Under the pieces are notes generated by a model. The model saw nothing but the letters and a program-made list of their open reading frames with translations. It did no database searches and was not told the origin of the DNA. A program made the position numbers and the translations under genes. A stretch of 64,000 nt of DNA from Candidatus Fermentibacterota bacterium (lineage in GTDB: Bacteria; Fermentibacterota; Fermentibacteria; Fermentibacterales; JCC-6), in assembly GCA_014728175.1 (NCBI GenBank), contig WJMA01000054.1, positions 71,673 through 135,672 of the forward strand, given 5' to 3'. Below, one piece after another: positions 48,669 to 57,639 of the stretch. Each line of letters begins with the position of its first letter. Within the stretch, counting starts at the first letter, position 1.

Positions 48669-50990
48669 ATGGATGAGCCGGAAGCGCTGCTGAAGGGTAT
48701 CTCGCTCTTCGACGACTTCAATGATGAAGAGCTTCGCCGCCTGGTCGAGGAGAGCGAGCTCAGGGCCTACGCGCCCGGTGACCACGTGATAACCTACGGA
48801 GAGCCGGGCAGGTTCCTGGGCATAATCCTCAGCGGATCCGTCGAGGTCTCCATAGTGGACGATGACGGAGCCAGGGAGAGGTTGGCCTTGATCGAGCCCG
48901 GCTCCTTCGTGGGGGAGATGTCCCTGCTTACCGGAGAGCCCTCCTGCGCGGACGTGATCTCCCTGGAGGAAACCAGGGTCCTTATTATCCCCAACGAGAT
49001 ATGCACCAAGCATTTCTCGGATAAGCCCGGAGCCATGCGGGAGATGATAAGAACCATCTCGGAGCGACTCCGGAGCCGGGAGGAGGACGAGGCAGCCCGT
49101 CTGCGCGTGGAGGGAGCCTGGCGGGCGGTCGAGGACAGGTACGGGCTCAGGCTCACCTCGACAAAACCCGCGAGGATACTGGTAATAAACTGTGGCAGCT
49201 CGTCCCTGAAGTACGCATTCTACGACACGGTCGAACCCCAGAGGAACTGCGACGGCCTGGTGGAGAGAATAGGCGAGGATCAGGGCAGGCTGAATGCCTC
49301 CACCCCGTCCGGCGAGGTCACCAGGGACCTGGGGAAGATCGATCACGACCAGGCCTTCCAGGCTATGGCGGATATGCTGATCGATGAAGAGCTGGGGGCC
49401 ATAGCAGACCTGGAGGAACTGACCGGGGTCGGGCACAGGGTGGTGCATGGAGGAGCGAAGTACGGCAACCCGGTGGTCATCGACGAAGAGGTGGTCCGGG
49501 ACATAGACCTTCTGGCGGACCTGGCCCCCCTGCACAACCCTCCGAACCTGACGGCCATACGGAAGAGCATGCAGCTGATGCCCGACGTACCGCAGGTGGC
49601 CGTTTTCGACACCGGCTTCCACCAAAAGATGCCCAAACAGGCCTACCTGTACGGCCTGCCCTACTCCTACTACGAGAAGCACGCCCTCCGCCGGTACGGC
49701 TTTCACGGCATATCCCATAAGTATCTGGCTCTCAAGGCGGCGTCGTACCTGAAGCTTCCCTTCCGGGACCTGAAGATCATAACCTGTCATCTGGGTAACG
49801 GCGCTTCCCTGTGCGCCGTCGAGCACGGTCGGTCGATCGATACCAGCATGGGCCTTACTCCGCTGGAGGGTCTGGTGATGGGCACCAGATGCGGCGATTT
49901 GGATCCGGCGGTCGTTCTCTACCTTACCCGTCAGGAAGGGATGTCCACGGACGAGATAGACAGGATGCTGAACAAGGAGAGCGGCCTGAAGGGCCTCTCG
50001 GGGATCTCCAACGATTTCCGCGAGCTGGAGGACGCGGCCAACCAGGGCGACCGCAGGGCCCTGTTGGCCATCCACGTATTTTGCTACCGGATAAGGAAGT
50101 ACATAGGGGCTTATACGGCGGCCATGGGTGGGCTGGACGTACTGGTCTTCGCCGGCGGCATAGGCGAGCACAGCTCCTGGGCCCGGGGGCTGGCCTGCCA
50201 GGGCCTTTCCGGTATGGGAGTGGAGGTAGACGACATACTCAACCGGACCGCATCACCTTCCCAGGGTGAGGTCATAGACGTCTCCGGGGACGCCTCCAAC
50301 TCCAAGGTCCTGGTCATTCCCACCGACGAGGCCCGGATGATAGCCAGGGAGACCATCCGGACCCTGGGATACAGCTCCACCGCCGCACACATCCAGAGCA
50401 GGGAAGACAGAACGGTTCCCATAAGGGTATCCGTCCACCACGTTCACGTCACCGAGAGCACCAAGGACAAACTGTTCGGCAGGGAATACAGGCTTTCCTG
50501 CACCCGGAGCCTATCGCAACCCGGGCTGTACGCCTGCAAGGAGAAAGTGGACCTGGAAGGACCCCGGGGAATCGTGAAGGGCGTAAGAATCTACGGTCCG
50601 ACCAGAAGGCAGGATCAGGTGGAGGTATCCGTGGCCGACGAATCGATTCTGGGGATCCGTGCGCCCATAAGGCGATCCGGGGACGTGGATGGAAGCCCGG
50701 GCATAACTCTCCGCGGCCCGAAGGGCTCCTGCAAGCTCCGGCAGGGAGTGATCCGGTTCATGAGGCACCTGCACATGACCCCGGCCGACGCTCTCGCCTT
50801 CGGGCTCAAGGACGGAGACATGGCCATGGTCCGTACCGAGGGCGAGCGGGGCCTCATATTCGACAACGTCCTGGTCAGGGTTGATCCCGACTACGAGCTC
50901 TCCTTGCACATAGACGTCGACGAGGCCAACGCGGCGAACATCCGCTCAGGCATGACCGGCGAGCTTATAGGCATTCATGATCGAAGATAG
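48669..50990 (+). CDS. tri-domain fusion: cyclic-nucleotide-binding domain, acetate/propionate kinase (AckA) and PduL-type phosphate acyltransferase
   Basis: Residues ~1-150 form a cNMP-binding beta-barrel (…GEMSLLTGEPSCADVISLEETRVL…). Residues ~165-560 are acetate kinase (ILVINCGSSSLKYAF, …VVHGG…, …GFHGISH…). Residues ~575-773 carry two PduL-type repeats (…GPTRRQDQVEVSVAD… and GPKGSCKLRQGVIRFMRHLHM). Confidence 0.8.
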   Translation: MDEPEALLKGISLFDDFNDEELRRLVEESELRAYAPGDHVITYGEPGRFLGIILSGSVEVSIVDDDGARERLALIEPGSFVGEMSLLTGEPSCADVISLEETRVLIIPNEICTKHFSDKPGAMREMIRTISERLRSREEDEAARLRVEGAWRAVEDRYGLRLTSTKPARILVINCGSSSLKYAFYDTVEPQRNCDGLVERIGEDQGRLNASTPSGEVTRDLGKIDHDQAFQAMADMLIDEELGAIADLEELTGVGHRVVHGGAKYGNPVVIDEEVVRDIDLLADLAPLHNPPNLTAIRKSMQLMPDVPQVAVFDTGFHQKMPKQAYLYGLPYSYYEKHALRRYGFHGISHKYLALKAASYLKLPFRDLKIITCHLGNGASLCAVEHGRSIDTSMGLTPLEGLVMGTRCGDLDPAVVLYLTRQEGMSTDEIDRMLNKESGLKGLSGISNDFRELEDAANQGDRRALLAIHVFCYRIRKYIGAYTAAMGGLDVLVFAGGIGEHSSWARGLACQGLSGMGVEVDDILNRTASPSQGEVIDVSGDASNSKVLVIPTDEARMIARETIRTLGYSSTAAHIQSREDRTVPIRVSVHHVHVTESTKDKLFGREYRLSCTRSLSQPGLYACKEKVDLEGPRGIVKGVRIYGPTRRQDQVEVSVADESILGIRAPIRRSGDVDGSPGITLRGPKGSCKLRQGVIRFMRHLHMTPADALAFGLKDGDMAMVRTEGERGLIFDNVLVRVDPDYELSLHIDVDEANAANIRSGMTGELIGIHDRR

Positions 50991-51149
50991 ACCTTCATCC
51001 AATCTGGACAATTAGAACAGATTTGGTATGCTTTTCCTTCCGTTGACAGTATTGTTGGAACCTATTCAATGCCTACTGAATTGATATGATGCGTGCAGGG
51101 CAACCCGGTGACGCCGGGCAACCATCCCATATTTAGAAAGGTTATCCCC

Positions 51150-52580
51150 ATGAAAGAGGGCCTGGTTCAGGATCTGCAGGAGATCGTAGGCGAGGACGCC
51201 GTAAGGGACGACCCGGCCGATCTCTACGTGTACGGGTCCGACTCTTCGGTACATTGCGCCCTTCCGTGGGCCATCGTTCGTCCCGGCACGGTGGAGGAGG
51301 TGCAGGAGATCCTGCGTTACGCGAACAGCAACGGCATACCCGTCGTAACCAGAGGGGCCGGCTCGGGCATGTCCGGGCAGGCCGTCCCCATCCAGGGCGG
51401 AATCATCCTGGATATGAAAAGGCTGAACAAGATCCTCGAGATCAGCCCCGAGAACACGTACGTTAGGGTGCAGGCCGGAGTGGTCGACGACGACCTCAAC
51501 CGTGCTCTCAAGCCTTACGGCTTCATGTATCCACCCGCTCCGGCATCCAGCAGGATAGCCACCATAGGCGGGGAGATCGCGAACAACGCCAGCGGCACCA
51601 GATCCGTCAAGTACGGAGCTACCAGGGATTGCGTTCTGGGCATGAAGGTAGTGATGGCGGACGGCAGCCTGGTAAACCTGGGCTCCACCACTCGCGTAGA
51701 GGCCAGCGGCTACCAGGTGGACAGGCTGATGGTAGGCTCCGAAGGCACACTTGGCGTAATCGTCGAGGCTACCATGAAGATAGTCCCCATCCCCAAGTAC
51801 AGGTGCATGGGAGTCGCCTGCTTCAACGAGCTCGAGGAGGCCGGCGACACCATCTCCGAGATAATCGCCAGCGGGACACAACCCTCGGTGCTGGAGCTGA
51901 TGGACAACGTGGCCATCACCGCGGTGAACACGGCCATCGATCTCGGCCTTCCCGACGTGGAGGCCCTGCTGTTCATAGAGGCCGACGGCAACGTTAAGGA
52001 AGCCGTCGACTACGAGATCGAGAGGATGAAGGAGATAGCCGAGAAGTACAACGCTTTCGGCATCGATATCAGCTACGACGCAGAAAAGCGCACCAAGCTC
52101 TTCAAGGGACGCAAGAAGCTCTTCGCATCCCTGTCCAGGTACAAGGAAGGCTACTCCTGCACCTCCCTGGCCGACGACATGGCCGTACCCTACAGCAGGA
52201 TGGCCGAAATGGCCCGGAAGATCCACGATATAGCGGACCGCAACGACGTGATAATGACCGCCTACGGTCACTGTGGCTCGGGCTGCGTGCACACCAAGAT
52301 CCTGATGGACCCTACCCGGAAGGAGCAGTGGGAGGGCGCCAGAAACGCGGTCAGAGAGATATACGAGTACGTCCGCTCCGTCGGGGGGACGACTTCGGCC
52401 GAGCACGGAATAGGTCTTTCCAAAGCCCCGGCCTGGAAGAAGGAGAAGCAGGACTCGCTGGAAATCATTGGGGCCATAAAGAAAGCTTTGGACCCCAACA
52501 ACATTCTCAATCCGGGCAAGCTTCAGGACGCCCCGGACGACTGGCTGACCGCAACAGACCTTCGGTACAAGGCGGAATAG
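51150..52580 (+). CDS. FAD-linked oxidase, GlcD/D-lactate dehydrogenase family
   Basis: FAD-binding PCMH domain (…VVTRGAGSGMSGQAVP…) and C-terminal …EHGIGLSKA… motif; start at M20 (MKEGLVQ). Confidence 0.85.
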   Translation: MKEGLVQDLQEIVGEDAVRDDPADLYVYGSDSSVHCALPWAIVRPGTVEEVQEILRYANSNGIPVVTRGAGSGMSGQAVPIQGGIILDMKRLNKILEISPENTYVRVQAGVVDDDLNRALKPYGFMYPPAPASSRIATIGGEIANNASGTRSVKYGATRDCVLGMKVVMADGSLVNLGSTTRVEASGYQVDRLMVGSEGTLGVIVEATMKIVPIPKYRCMGVACFNELEEAGDTISEIIASGTQPSVLELMDNVAITAVNTAIDLGLPDVEALLFIEADGNVKEAVDYEIERMKEIAEKYNAFGIDISYDAEKRTKLFKGRKKLFASLSRYKEGYSCTSLADDMAVPYSRMAEMARKIHDIADRNDVIMTAYGHCGSGCVHTKILMDPTRKEQWEGARNAVREIYEYVRSVGGTTSAEHGIGLSKAPAWKKEKQDSLEIIGAIKKALDPNNILNPGKLQDAPDDWLTATDLRYKAE

Positions 52581-52587
52581 GTGTAGA

Positions 52588-53646
52588 ATGCTTACCGACT
52601 ACCTCAACGAATGGAAAGACGAGCTAAACATCTGCATCAGGTGCGGCTACTGCTTCGAGGGATGCCCGATCTTCAAGGACGGCGGATGGGAGCTGGACGG
52701 AGCCAGGGGCAAGGTGATCCTGGCCTATGGCCTGCTCTCCGGAGAGCTGGAGCCGACCGAGTACGTGGCGGAGAAGCTTTACCAGTGCACCTACTGCAAG
52801 GACTGCATAGAGAAGTGCTCCGCAAACGTTTCCATCCCCGATATCATGACCGCCGCCAGGGCCGATCTCCGGGAGGCTGGTTTCACCTACGACTCCCACG
52901 CCGATCTCCTGAGCAAGGTGACCGAGTCGGGAAACATCTTCGGCAAGGAGCTGAAGGGTCCGGCCACGGAGGGCGAGGTACCCGTTCTTCTGGGTTGCCG
53001 CTTCCTGGAACGGCGCGACGATGCGGAGCGGTACCTCGAGATGCTCCGGAAGCTGGGCATCGAACCAGTAGTCATCGAGGACGAGATCTGCTGCGGCATG
53101 CCCTTCGGAGTTCTGGGCTACAAGGAAGAGCTGGCCGAGCACAAGAAGAAGTTCAAGGAGAGGTTCCCCCACCAGAGGTTCATATGCCTCTGCACCACGT
53201 GCGCCTTCTTCATATCCAAGTCCTATCCGGAGCTGGAGCCGGTGTACGTAATAGACGAGATCCATAAGAGGCTTCCCGATGCCGACCTGACCGAGTTGGG
53301 CATCAAAACCACGTACCACGATCCCTGCAACGTCAGCAGGGGAATGGACATGGTGGACGAGCCCCGCGACATAATCGACTGGTTGGGCGCCGAGCTCGTC
53401 GAGTTTCCGAAGAACGCGAAGGAGACCGAATGCTGCGGGGGAGGCGGCGGGGTCCTGGTAACCGACAAGCCGCTGTCGACGAGACTCGCCGAGAAGAGGA
53501 TCCGTCAGGCGGGAGAGCTGGGCGTAGACCACCTGGTCACCCTCTGCCCCACCTGCGAGCTCAACCTGAGAAACGCGGCCGATTCCACGGGAACGGACGT
53601 AGAGGTCAGGAACCTGCTGGATCTGGTCTGTGACTCGGTACTGTAG
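52588..53646 (+). CDS. Fe-S oxidoreductase partner of the GlcD-like dehydrogenase (GlcF/HdrD-like: 2x4Fe-4S plus two CCG domains)
   Basis: CIRCGYCFEGCP and CTYCKDCIEKCS ferredoxin motifs; CCG-domain motifs (…LLGCRF…, …CCGGGGG…). Confidence 0.85.
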   Translation: MLTDYLNEWKDELNICIRCGYCFEGCPIFKDGGWELDGARGKVILAYGLLSGELEPTEYVAEKLYQCTYCKDCIEKCSANVSIPDIMTAARADLREAGFTYDSHADLLSKVTESGNIFGKELKGPATEGEVPVLLGCRFLERRDDAERYLEMLRKLGIEPVVIEDEICCGMPFGVLGYKEELAEHKKKFKERFPHQRFICLCTTCAFFISKSYPELEPVYVIDEIHKRLPDADLTELGIKTTYHDPCNVSRGMDMVDEPRDIIDWLGAELVEFPKNAKETECCGGGGGVLVTDKPLSTRLAEKRIRQAGELGVDHLVTLCPTCELNLRNAADSTGTDVEVRNLLDLVCDSVL

Positions 53647-53666
53647 GCTTACGGCACCTGGGAACC

Positions 53667-54251
53667 ATGAATGGTGAGGACAGCATGACAGCCAATTTCA
53701 AGGATCTCGAGAAATGGAGCCCCGAGCTCAACATATGCATCCGATGCGGCTACTGCTACGAGCTGTGCCCGCTTTACAAGGCCCATCCCTGGGAGTCCGA
53801 CACTCCCCGGGCCAAGATGCTCCTGGTCTACGGGCTCTTGACCGGTGACCTCGAACCCTCGCAACACGTGGCGGAGAAGATAAGCGAGTGCTTCTTCTGC
53901 AAGAACTGCGAGAACAACTGCTCCGCCAACGTCCCGGTGACCGACATTATCAAGGAGGCCAAGGCCGCCCTGGCCGAGGCCGGTTACGAGGTAGACCGCA
54001 CCGCCAGCACCGTCGACGAGGACCTCTGCTGCCGTTGCTACACCTGCGTATCGGTGTGCAAGGCCGAGGCGGTCGAACCCGACGAGGATGGGCAACCGGT
54101 GGTCGATCCGGTGGAGTGCGAGGGGTGCGGCGTTTGCGCCGCTTCGTGCCCGTCGGGAGCGATCTCCCAGAAGGACGGGTTCGGAGTATCCAGAGAAGAG
54201 CTGCGGCAGTTGCTTTTGGACACTTTGCGAAAGGGGGCCCAGGTTGAGTGA
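53667..54251 (+). CDS. HdrC-like poly-ferredoxin (four Cys4 motifs)
   Basis: CIRCGYCYELCP, CFFCKNCENNCS, CCRCYTCVSVCK and CEGCGVCAASCP. Confidence 0.7.
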   Translation: MNGEDSMTANFKDLEKWSPELNICIRCGYCYELCPLYKAHPWESDTPRAKMLLVYGLLTGDLEPSQHVAEKISECFFCKNCENNCSANVPVTDIIKEAKAALAEAGYEVDRTASTVDEDLCCRCYTCVSVCKAEAVEPDEDGQPVVDPVECEGCGVCAASCPSGAISQKDGFGVSREELRQLLLDTLRKGAQVE

Positions 54252-54666
54252 GGATCCCAGGATAGTGGTCTTCTGCTGCAACTGGTCGATTTATCCCGGG
54301 CTCCAGCTGTCGGCGATCGACGAGAATCCAGACGATCTTCCCGGGGTGAGCCACATAGTCTCCATGTGCTCGGGGAGGGTCTCACCCGAGCTGGTCATAG
54401 AGGCCTTCGTTAACGGCGCCTGGGGCGTAATGCTCGCCGGTTGCCCGACCGACGAGTGCGAGCACGATGGCAACTACAAGACCAGAAAACGCTTCATAAT
54501 GCTACGTAAAGTTTTGGAGGAATTCGGCATTGAGCCGGGTAGGATAAGCATGGACTGGTTCTCTACCGGAGAGGTCGCGAAGCTCAAGCAATCGGTGCGG
54601 GAGTTCGTCGACCGTATAACGGAGATGGGACCGGCTAGAGTCGTAAAGGAACAAGAACTCGGATAG
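54244..54666 (+). CDS. mvhD: MvhD-family [2Fe-2S] protein, copy 2 (hydrogenase-associated)
   Basis: IVVFCCNWSIYPGLQLS…GCPTDECEHDGNYK; TTG start at 54244 after AAGGGGG, overlapping the upstream stop (alternative GTG at 54265). The track's 52-codon upstream extension is rejected. Confidence 0.75.
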   Translation: MSEDPRIVVFCCNWSIYPGLQLSAIDENPDDLPGVSHIVSMCSGRVSPELVIEAFVNGAWGVMLAGCPTDECEHDGNYKTRKRFIMLRKVLEEFGIEPGRISMDWFSTGEVAKLKQSVREFVDRITEMGPARVVKEQELG

Positions 54667-54674
54667 GAGCCCGT

Positions 54675-55655
54675 ATGTCATCTAAACCAAAGGTGGCGTT
54701 CTACTGGAACGCCTCTTGCGGCGGATGCGAGGAAGCCGTCGTAGACCTCGCCGAAGATATACTCCAGGTGGTCGAGGCAGTGGACATAGTCTTCTGGCCG
54801 GTCGCCCTGGACTTCAAGAAGAAGGACGTAGAGGCGATGGACGACGGAGAGATCGCGGTCAGCTTCATCAACGGCGCAATCAGGACCGACGAGCAGAGGG
54901 AGATGGTCGAGCTTCTCAGGCGCAAGTCGGGGCTGGTGGTCGCCTTCGGCTCCTGCGCCCACATAGGGGGGATACCCGGGCTGGCAAACTTCTACAACCG
55001 GGAGCTCATCTTCGACCGGGCCTACAGGACGGTACCCAGCACACCGAACCCCGACGGGGTGCTTCCCCGGACCAGCTCCGACATCGATGACGACGAACTA
55101 ACGCTTCCGGAGTTCTGGGACACCGTAAAGACCCTCGACCAGGTGATAGACGTGGACTACTACCTTCCCGGCTGCGCCCCTCCCCCGGACCTCATCATGG
55201 ACGCGGTCACCGCTATTCTGGAGGCGAACCTCCCGGAGAAGGGCACGGTCCTAGCGCCCAGGAAGAATCTCTGCGACACCTGCCCCAGATCAGAGAGCAA
55301 ACCGGACAAGATCTCCATAGAGAGCCTGAAGCGGCCCTACGAGATCGAGGCCGATCCGGAAAAATGCTTTCTGGAAGAGGGCATAATCTGCCTGGGCATG
55401 TCGACCAGATCTGGCTGCGGAGAGAGGTGCATAAACGCCAACATGCCCTGCAGGGGTTGCTTCGGTCCGGCCGAGGAGGTGTTCGACCAGGGAGCCAAGG
55501 GTCTTTCGGCCATAGCTTCCATACTGGGTCTGGAGAAAGAGGAAGAGCTCACGGACGAGGACATAGAGAGGCTGATCGACAGAATACCCGATCTGGCGGG
55601 CCTGTTCTACATGTACAGCCTTCCCTCCTCGCTACTTCGAAGGAAGAAGCTCTAG
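54675..55655 (+). CDS. mvhG: [NiFe] hydrogenase small subunit, Mvh/group 3c type (MvhG)
   Basis: VAFYWNASCGGCEEAV…FGSCAHIGGIPG proximal-cluster motifs; 326 aa. Confidence 0.85.
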   Translation: MSSKPKVAFYWNASCGGCEEAVVDLAEDILQVVEAVDIVFWPVALDFKKKDVEAMDDGEIAVSFINGAIRTDEQREMVELLRRKSGLVVAFGSCAHIGGIPGLANFYNRELIFDRAYRTVPSTPNPDGVLPRTSSDIDDDELTLPEFWDTVKTLDQVIDVDYYLPGCAPPPDLIMDAVTAILEANLPEKGTVLAPRKNLCDTCPRSESKPDKISIESLKRPYEIEADPEKCFLEEGIICLGMSTRSGCGERCINANMPCRGCFGPAEEVFDQGAKGLSAIASILGLEKEEELTDEDIERLIDRIPDLAGLFYMYSLPSSLLRRKKL

Positions 55656-55708
55656 TTGGATAACGACACGGACCCTGCCACAGGCATTCTGGGAGGAATG
55701 GAACAACG

Positions 55709-57172
55709 ATGGCGAACAAACGAGTCACTATAGACCCTATCACCAGGCTGGAGGGCCACGGTAAGATAGAGATATTCCTCGACGATGAGGGGAACGTGGA
55801 CAAGGCGTTCCTCCAGGTCCCAGAGCTGAGGGGATTCGAGAAGTTCTCCGAGGGACGGATGGCCGAGGAGATGCCCAGGATAACCCCCAAGATATGCGGC
55901 GTCTGCCCCACCACCCATCACATGGCCTCCGGCAAGACTTTGGACGATCTATTCAACGTAGACCCCCCGCCCGCGGCGAAGAAGATACGTGAGCTGGTCA
56001 ACTCGGCGTTCATGGCGGAGGACCACACCCTCCACTTCTTCTTCCTGGGTGGGCCCGACTTCATCGTGGGCCCGGACGCCCCCGCGGGCCAGAGGAACAT
56101 TCTGGGGGTGATCGAGAAGGTCGGCCTGGACGCCGGCAAGAAGGTGATAGAGATCCGCAGGCGCCTGCGCGACATAATCACCAAGCAGGGCGGCAGGGTG
56201 ATCCACCCGGTCTGCAATCTCCCCGGCGGGGTGTCCAAGGGCGTCACCGAAGAGGACCGTCAGGAGTACATCCAGACCGGCAAGGACGCCATAGACTTCT
56301 CGCAGTTCGCCTTGCAGGCGTTCTCGGACATAGTCCTGGAGAACGAGAGGTACGTCAACATAATCACCTCCGACGTTTACCTGCACCATACGTACTACAT
56401 GGGCCTGGTCGACGAGGACAACAAGGTGAACTTCTACGACGGCGAGATCAGGGTGGTGGACCCCGACGGCGAGGAGTTCGCCAAGTTCGACGCCCACGAG
56501 TACCTCGACCACATAGAGGAGCACGTGGAACCCTGGAGCTACATAAAGTTCCCCTTCCTCAAGAACGTAGGTTGGAAGGGATTCGTCGACGGCAAGGACA
56601 GCGGTGTCTACCGGGTCGCGCCGCTTGCCAGGCTCAACGCATCCGACGGCATGGCCACTCCCAAGGCCCAGGAGGCCTACGAGCAGATGTACGACGTGCT
56701 GGGAGGAAAACCCGCCCACAACACTCTCGCCTACCACTGGGCCAGGCTGATAGAGCTCCTGTATGCGTCTGAAAGGCTGCTGGAGCTGGCCGAGGACGAG
56801 GAGATACTGGACCCCAAGATCAGGAACATCCCCACCGACACTCCCGACGAGGGAGTGGGAGTGGTGGAGGCACCCAGAGGAACCCTCTACCACCACTACA
56901 AGACCGACGACAGAGGAGTTCTCACCGACGTCAACCTGATAGTGGCCACGGTGAACAACTCGGCAGCCATATCCATGTCCATCGCCAGGGCGGCCGAGAA
57001 GGTTATATCGGGCAGAGAGGTCGCCGACGGCCTTCTTAACCTGGTGGAGATGGCCTTCAGGGCCTACGACCCCTGCCTGGCCTGCGCCACCCACTCCCTT
57101 CCCGGCGAGACGCCGCTGGAGGTAAGGGTCTACGATCACCGGAGGGAGCTGCTGCAGACCCTCACCAGATGA
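55709..57172 (+). CDS. mvhA: [NiFe] hydrogenase large subunit, Mvh/group 3c type (MvhA)
   Basis: N-terminal RLEGHGKI and RICGVCPTTHHMAS (L1 Ni-binding CxxC); C-terminal DPCLACATHS (L2) followed by a cleavable tail. Confidence 0.9.
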   Translation: MANKRVTIDPITRLEGHGKIEIFLDDEGNVDKAFLQVPELRGFEKFSEGRMAEEMPRITPKICGVCPTTHHMASGKTLDDLFNVDPPPAAKKIRELVNSAFMAEDHTLHFFFLGGPDFIVGPDAPAGQRNILGVIEKVGLDAGKKVIEIRRRLRDIITKQGGRVIHPVCNLPGGVSKGVTEEDRQEYIQTGKDAIDFSQFALQAFSDIVLENERYVNIITSDVYLHHTYYMGLVDEDNKVNFYDGEIRVVDPDGEEFAKFDAHEYLDHIEEHVEPWSYIKFPFLKNVGWKGFVDGKDSGVYRVAPLARLNASDGMATPKAQEAYEQMYDVLGGKPAHNTLAYHWARLIELLYASERLLELAEDEEILDPKIRNIPTDTPDEGVGVVEAPRGTLYHHYKTDDRGVLTDVNLIVATVNNSAAISMSIARAAEKVISGREVADGLLNLVEMAFRAYDPCLACATHSLPGETPLEVRVYDHRRELLQTLTR

Positions 57173-57627
57173 AAACGCTGGTCCTGGGGCTGGGCAATCC
57201 GATACTGAGCGACGATGCCGTGGGCATCAGGATAGCCCGGGAGCTGCGGAAACGGGTCGACGGAGTGGACGTCGAGGAGGGAGCGGTAGCGGGGATAACC
57301 ATCCTCGACCACATACAGGGCTACGACAGCCTGGTGATCGTAGATTCGATCAAGACCGGAAAGTCACCCCCCGGGCATCTGCACGTCCTTCGGCCGGAGG
57401 ACCTGGACTGCGTGACCAGACCGTCGCGCTCCCACCACGGTCTGGGGCTGGTCAGAGCACTGAGCATAGGCAAACGCATGGGCTACGATCTGCCGGATAC
57501 AATTAGGATATACGCAGTGGAGGTTCTGCGGAACGACGAGTTCGGCGAGGATCTGTCCCCCCAGGTGGAGGAAAGCGTTCCCGCCGTAGTCGAGGCCATA
57601 GCGTCCTACCTCACCGAAAGACAGTAG
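57169..57627 (+). CDS. hydrogenase maturation endopeptidase (HycI/FrhD/HybD family)
   Basis: 152 aa; MKTLVLGLGNPILSDDAVGIR…HGLGL… motifs; 4-bp overlap with mvhA. Confidence 0.85.
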   Translation: MKTLVLGLGNPILSDDAVGIRIARELRKRVDGVDVEEGAVAGITILDHIQGYDSLVIVDSIKTGKSPPGHLHVLRPEDLDCVTRPSRSHHGLGLVRALSIGKRMGYDLPDTIRIYAVEVLRNDEFGEDLSPQVEESVPAVVEAIASYLTERQ

Positions 57628-57639
57628 GCCCCGGCGAGA

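Noticed and set aside
51043-51090. TTGACA box and TATGAT about 60-100 bp upstream of the GlcD-like gene
   Set aside because: Spacing between the -35 and any acceptable -10 hexamer is non-canonical (the 17-nt spacing gives TCAATG; TATGAT lies 36 nt away); left as an unconfirmed promoter region.
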